NCBI GenBank assembly: GCA_020846975.1
Contig: JADLCX010000022.1
Span: 30,104-94,103, forward strand
Source: Phycisphaerales bacterium
GTDB lineage: Bacteria; Planctomycetota; Phycisphaerae; Phycisphaerales; UBA1924
Direction: 5' to 3'
DNA: 64,000 nucleotides
Part shown: positions 18,911 through 29,642 of the stretch, in pieces
Layout: every line of letters starts with the position of its first letter
Position numbering within the stretch: position 1 is the first letter of the stretch
Translations under genes and position numbers: made by a program
Notes under the pieces: generated by a model
Seen by the model: only the letters and a program-made list of their open reading frames with translations
What the model was told of the DNA's origin: nothing
The model's database searches: none

Positions 18911-19516
18911 TCAGTTGATCAGTCCGGATGCCCTGGCGCGAAGTTCGGCCGCGCCGTTAGCGACCAGGCGATCCCGCATGCGCCGCAGCTCGGCAGCGAC
19001 GGAAGCGTCCACCAGTTGATCACCGATCTGGAGTTTCACGCCTCCGAGCATCGTCGGCTCGATGTAGGGGTGGATGACCGGTGGTTTCCCGAGCACGGCC
19101 TGGAGGCGGGCCTTGATCGTGTCCATCTCTTCCTGGTCAAGCGGCGCCGCGGTGTAGACATCGACCTCGACGCGCCCGAAGGCGTGGTTGACGATCTCGT
19201 CGAACGAGGCCACGATCGCCGGGAGGTGGTTGAGCCGGTCCTTCTGGTTCACGATCTGCAGAAAACCAAGGGTGAGGTCGCTGATCCGGCCCTTGAATAT
19301 GCGGTCGAGTGAGGCCGCCCGCTCCGTCGTCGGCACGATTCGGGACGAGAGGAACTCGCCGAACGCAAAGTCGTTCCGGCCGAGTTCCATCACGCTCTCG
19401 AGTTCGGCGTAGACCTCCTCGATCATGGCCTGGCCACCCTGCTTCTGGGCCAGCTCGAAAAGGCTGGCGGCGTAGAGGCGGCTGAGGGCATCGGGGGCGG
19501 CGTTGATCAGGGGCAT
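18911..19516 (-). CDS. atpH: F-type ATP synthase subunit delta (OSCP)
   Basis: Position after atpF, about 200 aa, OSCP-like ALSRLYAASLFELA ... GGVKLQIGDQLVDASVAAELRRM. Confidence 0.85.
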   Translation of the reverse strand: MPLINAAPDALSRLYAASLFELAQKQGGQAMIEEVYAELESVMELGRNDFAFGEFLSSRIVPTTERAASLDRIFKGRISDLTLGFLQIVNQKDRLNHLPAIVASFDEIVNHAFGRVEVDVYTAAPLDQEEMDTIKARLQAVLGKPPVIHPYIEPTMLGGVKLQIGDQLVDASVAAELRRMRDRLVANGAAELRARASGLIN

Positions 19517-19561
19517 AATGGCGACTTTCAGGCTGGATCGAGTTCGGTCTTGACAAGCCGC

Positions 19562-20242
19562 TCAGTTGTTGCGGGCCACGGCGGTCTGAAGCTCGTGCAG
19601 CGACTCCTGCACGAGGCGCTGCTGGTCGCCGGAGTTGATCTCACGCTTGAGGATCTTGCCGGCCATCGTCGTGGCGAGCGAAGCGGCGTGGTCGTAGATC
19701 TCGCCGAGTGCGGCGCGCTTGGCGGCGTCGATGTCGCGCGTGGCCTTCTCCCGCATCGCGTTGAGTTCGATCTCGGACTTGGCTTTCAGGTCCGCGGCGA
19801 TGGCGGTCTGCTGGGCCTTGGCGTCGTCGAGCATCTTCTGCGCCTCGGCGCGGGCCTTGGCGAGGTTCGCCTCGTACTCGGCCAGGGCCTGCTTGGCCTG
19901 CTTCTGCGCGTGTTCCGCGGCCTCGATCTCCGAGCGGATCTTGGTGGCGCGATCGTCGAGCCCCTTGGCGATCGTCGGCCACACCTTCACGCTCAGGAAA
20001 GCGAGCACGAGCAGAAAGACCACGATCGACGTGAGCCCGACGACCAGGCCTTCCTTGGGGCTCGGCATGGGCGAGAGCGGCTTGTGGGCGTGATCGGCGT
20101 GGGCATCGTCGTGGTGCGCGGCCGCGCCGACGGCGTGCGGGTCCTTGCCCGTGGCGGGCTCATCGGCCCGAGCGGGCGAGGCGACGAGCACCAGAGCCGC
20201 GACGGCCAGCATCGCGAAGAGTTTGAAGCAGAAGCGGTTCAT
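19562..20242 (-). CDS. atpF: F-type ATP synthase subunit b with a signal-like, His-rich N-terminal extension
   Basis: TM VVGLTSIVVFLLVLAFLSVKVWPTIAKGLDDRATKI is followed by a long charged helix. The N-terminus reads MNRFCFKLFAMLAVAALVLVASPARA ... HAVGAAAHHDDAHADHAHK. Confidence 0.8.
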   Translation of the reverse strand: MNRFCFKLFAMLAVAALVLVASPARADEPATGKDPHAVGAAAHHDDAHADHAHKPLSPMPSPKEGLVVGLTSIVVFLLVLAFLSVKVWPTIAKGLDDRATKIRSEIEAAEHAQKQAKQALAEYEANLAKARAEAQKMLDDAKAQQTAIAADLKAKSEIELNAMREKATRDIDAAKRAALGEIYDHAASLATTMAGKILKREINSGDQQRLVQESLHELQTAVARNN

Positions 20243-20322
20243 CGGCGGGACTCCAGGGTTCATGCGATCGAAAGCCGGGCCGCGTTGTCTCCAACGGAGC
20301 CCGAGGGGTGGTTGTGCGTGCA

Positions 20323-21669
<1,347 letters not shown>

Positions 21670-21673
<4 letters not shown>

Positions 21674-22125
21674 GCGTCAGATCTTCCCGAAGCCGTAGCC
21701 CGTCCGGCCGACTTTGCGCGTTCGGCTCGAGACAGCAGCGCAACAGACAGGGCCGTCTCAACGACAAGGATCAGCCCTGCCCCGGTCAAAGCCCCCAGCC
21801 AGAGTGGAGACTTGGCAACGTCCGGGCTCTGGGAGAAAAAGAGGGCCGCGCCCAGGATCACGAGCGTCCTGGCGCCCGAGGCGAGCATGACGAAGACGCC
21901 GAAGTTGCTCGCTCCGTGACTCGTGAAGCCCGACAGGAGGAGAGGCAGAAAGGTAGCCAGAGCCCCCGCTGCGACGGCGGCGCAAGCCTTGGTGATCGTG
22001 CTGGAGTCTCCGCCGAGCGACGCGGCAACCGCCGCGGTCGCACCGATGGCCCCCACGCACACGGCCACCATCAGACCCCCGTACAGGGGTTTGGACGGTG
22101 CTGAGTTCTCATTGAGAGCGTGCAT
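21670..22125 (-). CDS. Small 4-TM membrane protein, AtpI-like by position
   Basis: About 151 aa and hydrophobic. It lies immediately upstream of atpB and is translationally coupled to it. There is no diagnostic motif. Confidence 0.5.
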
Positions 22126-22262
22126 CGGGTGTGGTTCGGAAGGAGGGGGCGAAGGATATCCAGACGTTCGCGCGGAGGCGAGTTCGTTCGCGGGTCGTTT
22201 TGGATTTTGGAAGGATTCCACCCAAACTGGGGGGTGGGGGGGGGTGGTTGAAAGGCCGACCG

Positions 22263-22646
22263 CTACTTGTCCGCCCGAGACGCGGAATCGCGACGAGCCT
22301 TCTCAGCTCGCTCCTGTCGCTGGGTGGCTCGCACGATTCGGACGAAGGCCGCGGCAAACCCGAAGGTCAGCCCGACGAGCGTCCAAAGGGGGAGCGAGTT
22401 TCGCCATCGATCGGCGAGCCAGCCCAGGCCCGCACCCGTGATGATGGTGACCACAAAGTCCAGCGCGATCGCCCAGGCCTTCACAGCACCGCCGAGTTCC
22501 GGCGTCTGGGGGCGGCTCGCCTGGTCGCCGTAGACCGGATCAAAGTCCGGCTTTCTCACCGGGCGTTGCAGAACTTCGGGGATTTCCAGGCTCAGGTCGG
22601 GCTTGTCGGAGCTGCTCGACGAGTCGGTGCCATCGGGACGGGACAT
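22263..22646 (-). CDS. AtpZ/ATPase_gene1-like small 2-TM protein
   Basis: C-terminal GGAVKAWAIALDFVVTIITGAGLGWLADRWRNSLPLWTLVGLTFGFAAAFVRIV resembles the putative Fo-associated AtpZ family. It sits upstream of the atp genes. Confidence 0.5.
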   Translation of the reverse strand: MSRPDGTDSSSSSDKPDLSLEIPEVLQRPVRKPDFDPVYGDQASRPQTPELGGAVKAWAIALDFVVTIITGAGLGWLADRWRNSLPLWTLVGLTFGFAAAFVRIVRATQRQERAEKARRDSASRADK

Positions 22647-22693
22647 GTGGGGAGCATATCGGGTGTTGTGCACCGCGAGCGAGATGCTTCGGG

Positions 22694-23668
22694 TCAGTGC
22701 GTGCCGCGTTGCTGGCGCTGCAGGCTCTCGATGTAGCGTCCGAGCAGTTCGACGATGAACCTGCGATGCTGCGAACTCTGGCTGAAATCGAACGCGAGGC
22801 CGGCGTAGATGTGCTGACTCGAATCGGTGTGGGTGTGGGCGATCCGGGCGGTTACGGCGGCGGGCGCGGGGATGTGTGGGCGCAGGTCGAGCCTGATCCA
22901 CAAGTAGGGCCGTGCCGAGAGCGCGGCGGCATCTTCGGGCGCGACCAGCAGGCCGAGGCCACCGCCGGAGACGTTGAGGAGGCTGGCCTTGAACGCGGGC
23001 CCGACATCGGGCAGCAGCAGCGAGCTCTCGGAGAGCAGTTCGCCGGGGTTGCCGGGCCCGTCGCCTTCGAGGAGATCGCGGATCTCGCAGCGGTTGGCCG
23101 CCTCGGCTGCACCGACGGAAGAAGGATCGTTGAGCGGCCAGCACTGCACGCGCGGCAGTTGCAGGTTGGCGGTGGAGATTCGGAAGAAACTGCGGCGCGT
23201 GCAACGCTCCACGCGCTCGGGCAGGGCGAGCACGAGGTGGCGATCGCCGGGCCGAGCGCCCTCGATGTGTCCGAGGGTGCGGGTGTGGAACATCCAGCGG
23301 TTCTGGCCGATTGTCATCGCGCCGATGAGCGCGATGTCGGTCTCGAAGTCGATGGTCGCGCCGAATGCAGCGGGTGGCTCAACGACGATGTGATCTTCGG
23401 CGACGCGGATGACGCGGACGCGCCAGGCCACATCGGAACCTGTTTCGTCCGCGGACGATCCGCCCGAAGTGGAGCGATCGATGGAGATCTCGAGCGCGCC
23501 GCCGCGTTCGTGGATCTTGCGCAGGTTGTCCAGCCAATGTTCGGTACGGGAACGGATCGCGGGCACGGGTCCACCTCTGCGGTTGGAGTGCATCGACCCC
23601 CGGCGGTTGCGACGTGCGTGGGCGAGGGTCGGGACAAGAGATCGGCGTACCCGGGGACGAGAGTTCAT
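22694..23668 (-). CDS. PilZ-domain (YcgR-like two-domain) c-di-GMP receptor
   Basis: RRSFFR (RRxxxR) and LNVSGGGLGL (D/NxSxxG) motifs. The N-terminal beta-rich domain resembles PilZN. Alternative start at 23593. Confidence 0.7.
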   Translation of the reverse strand: MNSRPRVRRSLVPTLAHARRNRRGSMHSNRRGGPVPAIRSRTEHWLDNLRKIHERGGALEISIDRSTSGGSSADETGSDVAWRVRVIRVAEDHIVVEPPAAFGATIDFETDIALIGAMTIGQNRWMFHTRTLGHIEGARPGDRHLVLALPERVERCTRRSFFRISTANLQLPRVQCWPLNDPSSVGAAEAANRCEIRDLLEGDGPGNPGELLSESSLLLPDVGPAFKASLLNVSGGGLGLLVAPEDAAALSARPYLWIRLDLRPHIPAPAAVTARIAHTHTDSSQHIYAGLAFDFSQSSQHRRFIVELLGRYIESLQRQQRGTH

Positions 23669-23759
23669 CCGATGCGGTCCGAAGACCTGAATTTTGACAT
23701 GCCGCGACGGGCACCGTGCTGGCCGTCGGCCTGGGTCGGGGCGATAACCACGCGTCGAG

Positions 23760-26051
23760 TCACGAACACGCGTCGCCGGATGTTGCCGCGGAGCGGTTGA
23801 GCGCATCCTTCAATCGGGACAGCGCATCACGACCCGCGGATACCTGTTCGTGGGTGAGAAGTACGCGGCCGAACCTGGCCTCGTAGTACGTCGAGGCGAT
23901 CGATCGAAATGGGTCGGCAACGATGGGATCGATCCGCTCGATCACCGCGGCGTGGGCCAGTGGCGGCCGATCATCGGGCTTGGCGAAGGGGCCGCCGCGG
24001 CGTTCCAGGGCACGGAGGGCCTGTCCGTAGAAGCCGGCATCGTTGAGCAGCGCGCGCAGTTGCGGGTCGCGCTCTCGCGGGTGGCGCCGGACCAGCCTCG
24101 CCAGCCGCGACCGCGAGAGGCGGCCGGTGACGATCGCGAGCGTGACGATGAGCATGGTCGCGGGCACGATGTAGAACGCCCACGGAGGGAGCATCGAGCG
24201 GAGGTCGCGCACGGACACACCCCGCGCGAGCCGGTCGGCGATGCGGACGAACCAGGCCGAGATGCTCGAAGGTTCACCGCGCCCGGCGGATGCGCCGAGG
24301 CGGTCGGTATCGAACGAGACGATGGAGCGGTTCCAGCCGAACTCCAGCGTGTCCCACCATCGGCGGACCGCCGAGAACCACCCGCCGGGCGCGCGGTGGA
24401 TGCGGTCGAGATCGGCCGTGGGCGTCGGGTCGTACCTCGTCCAGATCCCGCCTCCGGTGTGGACCTCGACCCAGGCGTGTGCGTTGGACTGGCGGACGAT
24501 GTAGGTCCCGGTGAGCGAGTTGTAGTCGGCGGCGACAAATCCTCCGACAATGCGTGCGTGGATCCCGACGGCCTGGAGCATCGCGGTCATCGCGCTGGCG
24601 AAATACTGGCAGTGGCCCGTGCGCTTCTCGAAGAGGAACATATCGAGCGGGTCGCGGTCCTCATCGGGGGCCCACAGGTCCAGCGTGTATGTGAAGTTCT
24701 TGCCGAGGTAGTCGCGGAAAGCGTTTGCAACGGAGCGGATGCCCGATGCGGAATCATCCTCAGGCCACTTGGACTGTCTGGCACGCAGGATCGACCAGGC
24801 GAGGTCGTGGACTGGGCCATCCTGAAAGCCGAGCGCAAACTCGGGCGGCAGGTCGGACTTGGTCTGGATCTCTGACGACTCGATCGTGTAGGTGAAGGCG
24901 ATGTGCGCGGACTTCGGCCGCTTGATCGAGCCGTCGAGAAGGTCGTAGGTCAGTGTTCCGCTGGTCGTGTCGTTGGTCTGAACAGCGGTGGGGCGCCATG
25001 CACCGAAAATGTACGAATCGGAGGAGACCGTCGGGCGGATCGTGATGCGCTGGACGAGTTTGGCCGTCGGCGCCGGTTCTGGCTCGTTCTCGGAGCCGCG
25101 ATCGTGGTTCGGCACAGGCAGGACGGTCGTGGTGCCGGGCCGGAACGTCAGTGTCGTCGGTGCGGTCTTGGACCTGACCCAGACCCGGTTGTTGTACTCC
25201 TCTCTGGTGAATCCACGAAGATACACCATCCGGTACGGAGAGCCGATGTTCGCGCCGGATTCGTCCTCCAGAGCGAGGTCGATCACCGGCATGGACGACT
25301 CACTGAGCAGCCCGGAGCGACGCAGGTCGATGTGGTCGTTGAACCCCACCATGGCGTGGGGCTGGCCGAACTGGCCGAGCGCTCCGACCCCCAGGCCGCG
25401 GGGGGTGACGATGAAGACGATCGCGCCGAGAAATCCGGCGGTCAGCACGCAGAGCCAGACGGTCTGGACCAACTGCCGGGTGAAAGTTCGATTGAGATCG
25501 GGATGGCCCTGCTCGCGCGCGGCGGCGGAAGCCGGCCGAAACTCGGCCGCGCGGGCCTGCCCCGCCCGGAGCTGGTAGAGCATCGTCGCCGAGATCGCCA
25601 GCGGCGTGTAGAGCACGATGCCGACTCCAGTGAGGAGGTTGTTGCTCGTGAGTACCGCGGCGATGATGACAAAGACGCTGAGCGTGAGCAACTGAGACTC
25701 ATCGCGGACTGTGCGTCGGTCGAAGAGTTTGAGCAACTGCACATAGATCAGGAACTCGCCCAGGTGCGAGACGATCGGTTGGCCGACGGTCCGTGAGCCT
25801 CCGGCCCGCATAGCGGCGTTGATGATCGCGGCGACGACGAGCAGGTTGACCAGCAACCGAGGCAGCGCGATGGGATGATGCCGGGGGTCGGTGCGCTCGC
25901 CGCGTTCGCCCATGCCGCACACCCAACCGATGATGATGATGGGGACGATGATGATCGCGAGGATTGGCCGATCGTCGGCGAGGCAGAAGGTGAGCGATCC
26001 CACCAGCACGGCGGCGCACGCTGAAATATTGAATCGCGTCGCGAGTGTCAT
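23760..26051 (-). CDS. Multi-TM transglutaminase-like protein (DUF3488 / transglutaminase core / DUF4129-like architecture)
   Basis: Cys-His-Asp core TGHCQYFASAMTAMLQAVGIHARIVGGF ... NAHAWVEV ... RYDPT, N-terminal helices and a late TM. The ATG overlaps the DUF58 stop (ATGA at 26048-26051). Confidence 0.8.
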   Translation of the reverse strand: MTLATRFNISACAAVLVGSLTFCLADDRPILAIIIVPIIIIGWVCGMGERGERTDPRHHPIALPRLLVNLLVVAAIINAAMRAGGSRTVGQPIVSHLGEFLIYVQLLKLFDRRTVRDESQLLTLSVFVIIAAVLTSNNLLTGVGIVLYTPLAISATMLYQLRAGQARAAEFRPASAAAREQGHPDLNRTFTRQLVQTVWLCVLTAGFLGAIVFIVTPRGLGVGALGQFGQPHAMVGFNDHIDLRRSGLLSESSMPVIDLALEDESGANIGSPYRMVYLRGFTREEYNNRVWVRSKTAPTTLTFRPGTTTVLPVPNHDRGSENEPEPAPTAKLVQRITIRPTVSSDSYIFGAWRPTAVQTNDTTSGTLTYDLLDGSIKRPKSAHIAFTYTIESSEIQTKSDLPPEFALGFQDGPVHDLAWSILRARQSKWPEDDSASGIRSVANAFRDYLGKNFTYTLDLWAPDEDRDPLDMFLFEKRTGHCQYFASAMTAMLQAVGIHARIVGGFVAADYNSLTGTYIVRQSNAHAWVEVHTGGGIWTRYDPTPTADLDRIHRAPGGWFSAVRRWWDTLEFGWNRSIVSFDTDRLGASAGRGEPSSISAWFVRIADRLARGVSVRDLRSMLPPWAFYIVPATMLIVTLAIVTGRLSRSRLARLVRRHPRERDPQLRALLNDAGFYGQALRALERRGGPFAKPDDRPPLAHAAVIERIDPIVADPFRSIASTYYEARFGRVLLTHEQVSAGRDALSRLKDALNRSAATSGDACS

Positions 26052-27346
26052 CGGCGCGAGCTCCCGCGGGTGATCGCCGCGTCGCCGCTGACGAGGCGGC
26101 CACGGCCCGGGATGCGTGCGCGGGCATCGGTCTCCCCGAGAACACCGATGTGCCGAACTCGGTTCACGGGCCCATAGGCCGCGTCGATCCCGCTCGCGTG
26201 GATGCACAGGCACGCGTGGCGGTGGCTCGCCGCGGCCAGCGGGAAGGGCAGGTCGCGCCCTCGGGCATCGGCGGGTCCGAGGGCGAGGCCGCCGAGTTCC
26301 CGAAGGAGACGGTCAAAGTGTGCCGGGTCGGCGCGAGGAGGGACGCTCATGCCCGTGAGGGGGATCGCCAGGCCGAGCGGGATGGAGCGCGCGCGGGCCT
26401 GCTCGATCATCGAGGCGGCGATGCTGATGGCCCGTTCATCGAAGCCTTCGGTCTGGGCCGCGGAGACGCGCAGACGCAGGACGATCCACAGACGGAGTGG
26501 GGAGGGCGCGAGCGACTGTTTGACGAGCAGGTGGCCGCGGCGGGCGGACGCCTTCCACGCGATGGAACGAGGGTTATCGCCGGCGATGTAGTCGCGGAGT
26601 GAATGGAACTCGTCGCCATCACCGCGGATGCGTGAACTGCGGGCTGATTCGCCTTCGAGGGCGGCGGACTCGAGTTCGCGGCCGTCGGTCGCCGCGAGGG
26701 TTGGCAGGATCACCGTGCTGGCCGGTTCGTGGATATCGAGGCTCTTGCGCATGATGCCGAAAGGAAACGTCGTGTGCACGGAAAACGACGCGAACTCGAC
26801 AGGGCCGCGGCGGTGCGCGGATGTTCGCGACTCGATGATGATGGTCTCTCGCGGCGCGATGTGCGGGACGAAAGCGCGGGAGGGATCGATCCGCGGCGGG
26901 GATTCCTGCGCGGGCGTCCTGGCGCTGCGTCGTGAGGCACGTTTCGATCTGCCGCTGGTGGCCTCTGCGGGCGGAGGATTCTCTTCGATCGTCAGGCCGA
27001 ATACCGGGATCACGCGGTTGGAGTTCCTGACGCGGTAGCGGATGGTCAGGACGTCGCCGGCGTGGGCATCGCCGATGCGCTCGCGCGTCACGCGCAGCCC
27101 CATGAGCATCGCGCCCGAGAGCAGGCCCGACACGACAAGCATCGCCAGCGAGAACCCGAAGGCCCAGAAGAGCAGGTTGTTCTGGCTGTTGAACGCGCCC
27201 AGGGCGATCAGGAGTGTGACGAATACGTACACGAACCCGGACGAGCCGAAGTGGTAGCGTCTCCGGACCCGAGGGAGGGACGCGCTCGGCGCGGCGAGGT
27301 CCAGCGATTCTCCACCACCCCTGGGTTTGCGTGCTCGGCCAGCCAT
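26048..27346 (-). CDS. DUF58 domain protein (VWA-like, MoxR-associated family)
   Basis: Two N-terminal TM helices and the family hallmark GDGDEFHSLRDYIAGDNPRSIAWKASAR. Alternative GTG start at 27424. Confidence 0.8.
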   Translation of the reverse strand: MAGRARKPRGGGESLDLAAPSASLPRVRRRYHFGSSGFVYVFVTLLIALGAFNSQNNLLFWAFGFSLAMLVVSGLLSGAMLMGLRVTRERIGDAHAGDVLTIRYRVRNSNRVIPVFGLTIEENPPPAEATSGRSKRASRRSARTPAQESPPRIDPSRAFVPHIAPRETIIIESRTSAHRRGPVEFASFSVHTTFPFGIMRKSLDIHEPASTVILPTLAATDGRELESAALEGESARSSRIRGDGDEFHSLRDYIAGDNPRSIAWKASARRGHLLVKQSLAPSPLRLWIVLRLRVSAAQTEGFDERAISIAASMIEQARARSIPLGLAIPLTGMSVPPRADPAHFDRLLRELGGLALGPADARGRDLPFPLAAASHRHACLCIHASGIDAAYGPVNRVRHIGVLGETDARARIPGRGRLVSGDAAITRGSSRR

Positions 27347-27427
27347 CTCCTGAACGCTACGCCAACCGAGGAGCGGTTGTTTCAGAAACCCGCGCTGGAC
27401 GCCGCCAAACGCCGGGTTCCTCACGGC

Positions 27428-28819
27428 TCACCGTTGGTCGGAAGGCATGGCGGGCGCGGACGGGAAGGACAGCTCCGCGGTTGTGGTCTCGAGCCTGTAG
27501 AGTTCTTTGCCGGTGTCGTTCATCCACCGGACCACAAGTGTGGGGGGGCTCTTCGTGGAGTCGCACGTGACGACCGCGAAGGTCCGAAGGTCTTCGCTGT
27601 CGTAGAGCATCTCCGGCTGGGTCAGGGGAGACGCATCGCCTTGCTTCATGATGCTCGAGCCGAGGGGCGAGGTGATGACCTCGAAGAGTGGATACCCCAG
27701 CGCACCTGTGAATGCCCCCCCAGCGGTGTGTTTGTACGCGCGGTTGCGGTGGATGTCGCCACCGACGAGGACCACACCCTCGATTCGACTCTCACGGAGA
27801 AAATCGAACACGGCCACGCGTTCGTGCGGGTACCCGCCCCAGAAGTCCGGCTTGTTGGGCCGCACCTCGTCACACCATACCATGCCGCTGACCAGCAGCT
27901 TGAAGGGAGCATCGCTGGCCTTGAGCGTGCGCTGGAGCCAGGACCATTGCTGGGCGCCGAGGAGCGACTTCTTTGAGGGGTCGGCGAATGAGGGCTCGGT
28001 GCCGGCGAACCAGCGGCAGTCGATCAGCCAGACCTCCGCCGGTCCGATGCGCATGGATGAGTACCCGCCGAGGTCGTGTTCGCCGAGACCATCGCCCGAG
28101 CCGGTCGGCGAGTTGGCGTGGTACTCGAGAAACGCGCGGCGCGTGTTCTCCTTGCCCTTCACCGTGCCGTCGGTGTCACCCTTGCCGAAGTCGTGGTCAT
28201 CCCACAGGCCGTGGGTAGGGATGCTCCGGCACAGGGAGGCGAGCTGGGGGATCGAGAAGAACTCGCGGTAGCGCCGTCGCTGCACATCCAGTTTCGTCGA
28301 GTCGATGTACGGCGTGTCACCGATCAGGAGCATCGCATCGGGCTTGAGTTTGCCGATCTCATCCCACACGGGCTGAGGCTTGACGAAGTCGTCGTGCTGG
28401 CAGGAACCAATGGCAATGGCAACCGCCTGTGGGCTGGTGTGGGCCTTGCGTGTGCGGAACTCAACGGTGCGACGATCGCCCAGAGGCGGCTCGTTGTGCG
28501 CCGAGTGGACAAACGCCACGTACCGCGTACCGGGCTTGAGGCCCTTCAAGTCAAAGTGAAGGCAGAGGTCGCTCTCGGAAGAGGCTGTGGCTCGGACCTG
28601 GGGAACTGTGGCGTCACTCGCCTCGCCCTCGCGCAGAGACAGCGCGTACTCGCCTGGTTCGGCGACACGCATCCACAGGCGGGCATCGACGGTCCCGACG
28701 TGGCCGAGAAACGGACCAACGGTGTCGTTGATCGGGACGACCTGCGAGGGCGGCTTGGTTTCAGCGTCGGTCGAGGGAGGCTGAGCCAGTGCGATGGTCG
28801 CGAGGATCGGAACGAGCAT
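27428..28819 (-). CDS. PhoD-like alkaline phosphatase / metallophosphatase
   Basis: LLIGDTPYID ... GLWDDHDFGKGDTDG ... VLVGGDIHRN, with a short N-terminal signal-like segment. Confidence 0.8.
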   Translation of the reverse strand: MLVPILATIALAQPPSTDAETKPPSQVVPINDTVGPFLGHVGTVDARLWMRVAEPGEYALSLREGEASDATVPQVRATASSESDLCLHFDLKGLKPGTRYVAFVHSAHNEPPLGDRRTVEFRTRKAHTSPQAVAIAIGSCQHDDFVKPQPVWDEIGKLKPDAMLLIGDTPYIDSTKLDVQRRRYREFFSIPQLASLCRSIPTHGLWDDHDFGKGDTDGTVKGKENTRRAFLEYHANSPTGSGDGLGEHDLGGYSSMRIGPAEVWLIDCRWFAGTEPSFADPSKKSLLGAQQWSWLQRTLKASDAPFKLLVSGMVWCDEVRPNKPDFWGGYPHERVAVFDFLRESRIEGVVLVGGDIHRNRAYKHTAGGAFTGALGYPLFEVITSPLGSSIMKQGDASPLTQPEMLYDSEDLRTFAVVTCDSTKSPPTLVVRWMNDTGKELYRLETTTAELSFPSAPAMPSDQR

Positions 28820-28855
28820 GCCGACAGCATATCCGAGCGCGGTGCGAATCGAGAT

Positions 28856-29611
28856 TCACACGGACGTCACCCGCCGCGGCCACCACAAATCCAGCACCAC
28901 CAACACCGCGATCAGCACGGTTGTTCCGTTGTACGCCGTCCCCGCGCCCGCGATGACGTATACGAACGACTCCATCGTCCTGGCCAACCACCACGCGACC
29001 AGATCTGCGAAGAGGGCGAGGCCGTTTACGGCGATCAGGAACGAGGCAAGGCCGCGGGGCAGTCGCGTCGCCCAAAGCAACCCGCACAGTGCCACCGCGA
29101 GCGTGCCCAACGACAGCGCGTGGGCGTGTGCCGACATGATGATGATGTTGTCGGGGTTGCGGTTCACGATCTTCGTGAACGCGAGCTTCTTGATCGCATC
29201 GAGCGTGTCAAGCCGGATCGCCGCGGCCTTCGGGTCCGCCGACTTTGAGCCGTGGCAACTCAGGCAGGACGCGGCGATGATCCCGCTCGGGCTGTCCACA
29301 CCGAGGTCGATGTTGTCGTAGTCCTCGGCGATGCGCCCGCTCTTGAGCCATCTGACCAGCACCCCACGGCTATCGGCCTTGAGCGTTTCCGGGTGGCCGC
29401 CATCGAGCGATGTAACCAGTGGTGACGGCTTGTTCAGCCCGTGGTACGCCGCGCGAACATCGTCGAGCGTGAATCGCTTCTGCTCATCGCGGTTCTTGTA
29501 GTGGTCGAACAGGTGCGAGGCGGAGGCGGCCATGCCGAGCAGGATGACCCCGAGCAGGGCGGTGAGGCCGAGGCGAGCCAGGAACGGGAGATCGCGTGTT
29601 CGGAGGGTCAT
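28856..29611 (-). CDS. Membrane protein with a single c-type heme-binding motif (PSCyt-like)
   Basis: An N-terminal TM, a periplasmic-looking segment with CLSCHGSKSADPKAAAIRLD (CxxCH), then 3 C-terminal TM helices. Confidence 0.6.
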   Translation of the reverse strand: MTLRTRDLPFLARLGLTALLGVILLGMAASASHLFDHYKNRDEQKRFTLDDVRAAYHGLNKPSPLVTSLDGGHPETLKADSRGVLVRWLKSGRIAEDYDNIDLGVDSPSGIIAASCLSCHGSKSADPKAAAIRLDTLDAIKKLAFTKIVNRNPDNIIIMSAHAHALSLGTLAVALCGLLWATRLPRGLASFLIAVNGLALFADLVAWWLARTMESFVYVIAGAGTAYNGTTVLIAVLVVLDLWWPRRVTSV

Positions 29612-29642
29612 GGGCGGTCTGAGGAGTCACGGGAGCGGGGGG

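Noticed and set aside
22229-22244. The G6-T-G9 tract between the atpZ-like and atpI-like genes as a functional G-quadruplex or phase-variation switch.
   Set aside because: On the transcribed (minus) strand it is a C-tract, only two runs are present, and nothing else supports a function. I note it only as slippage-prone sequence.
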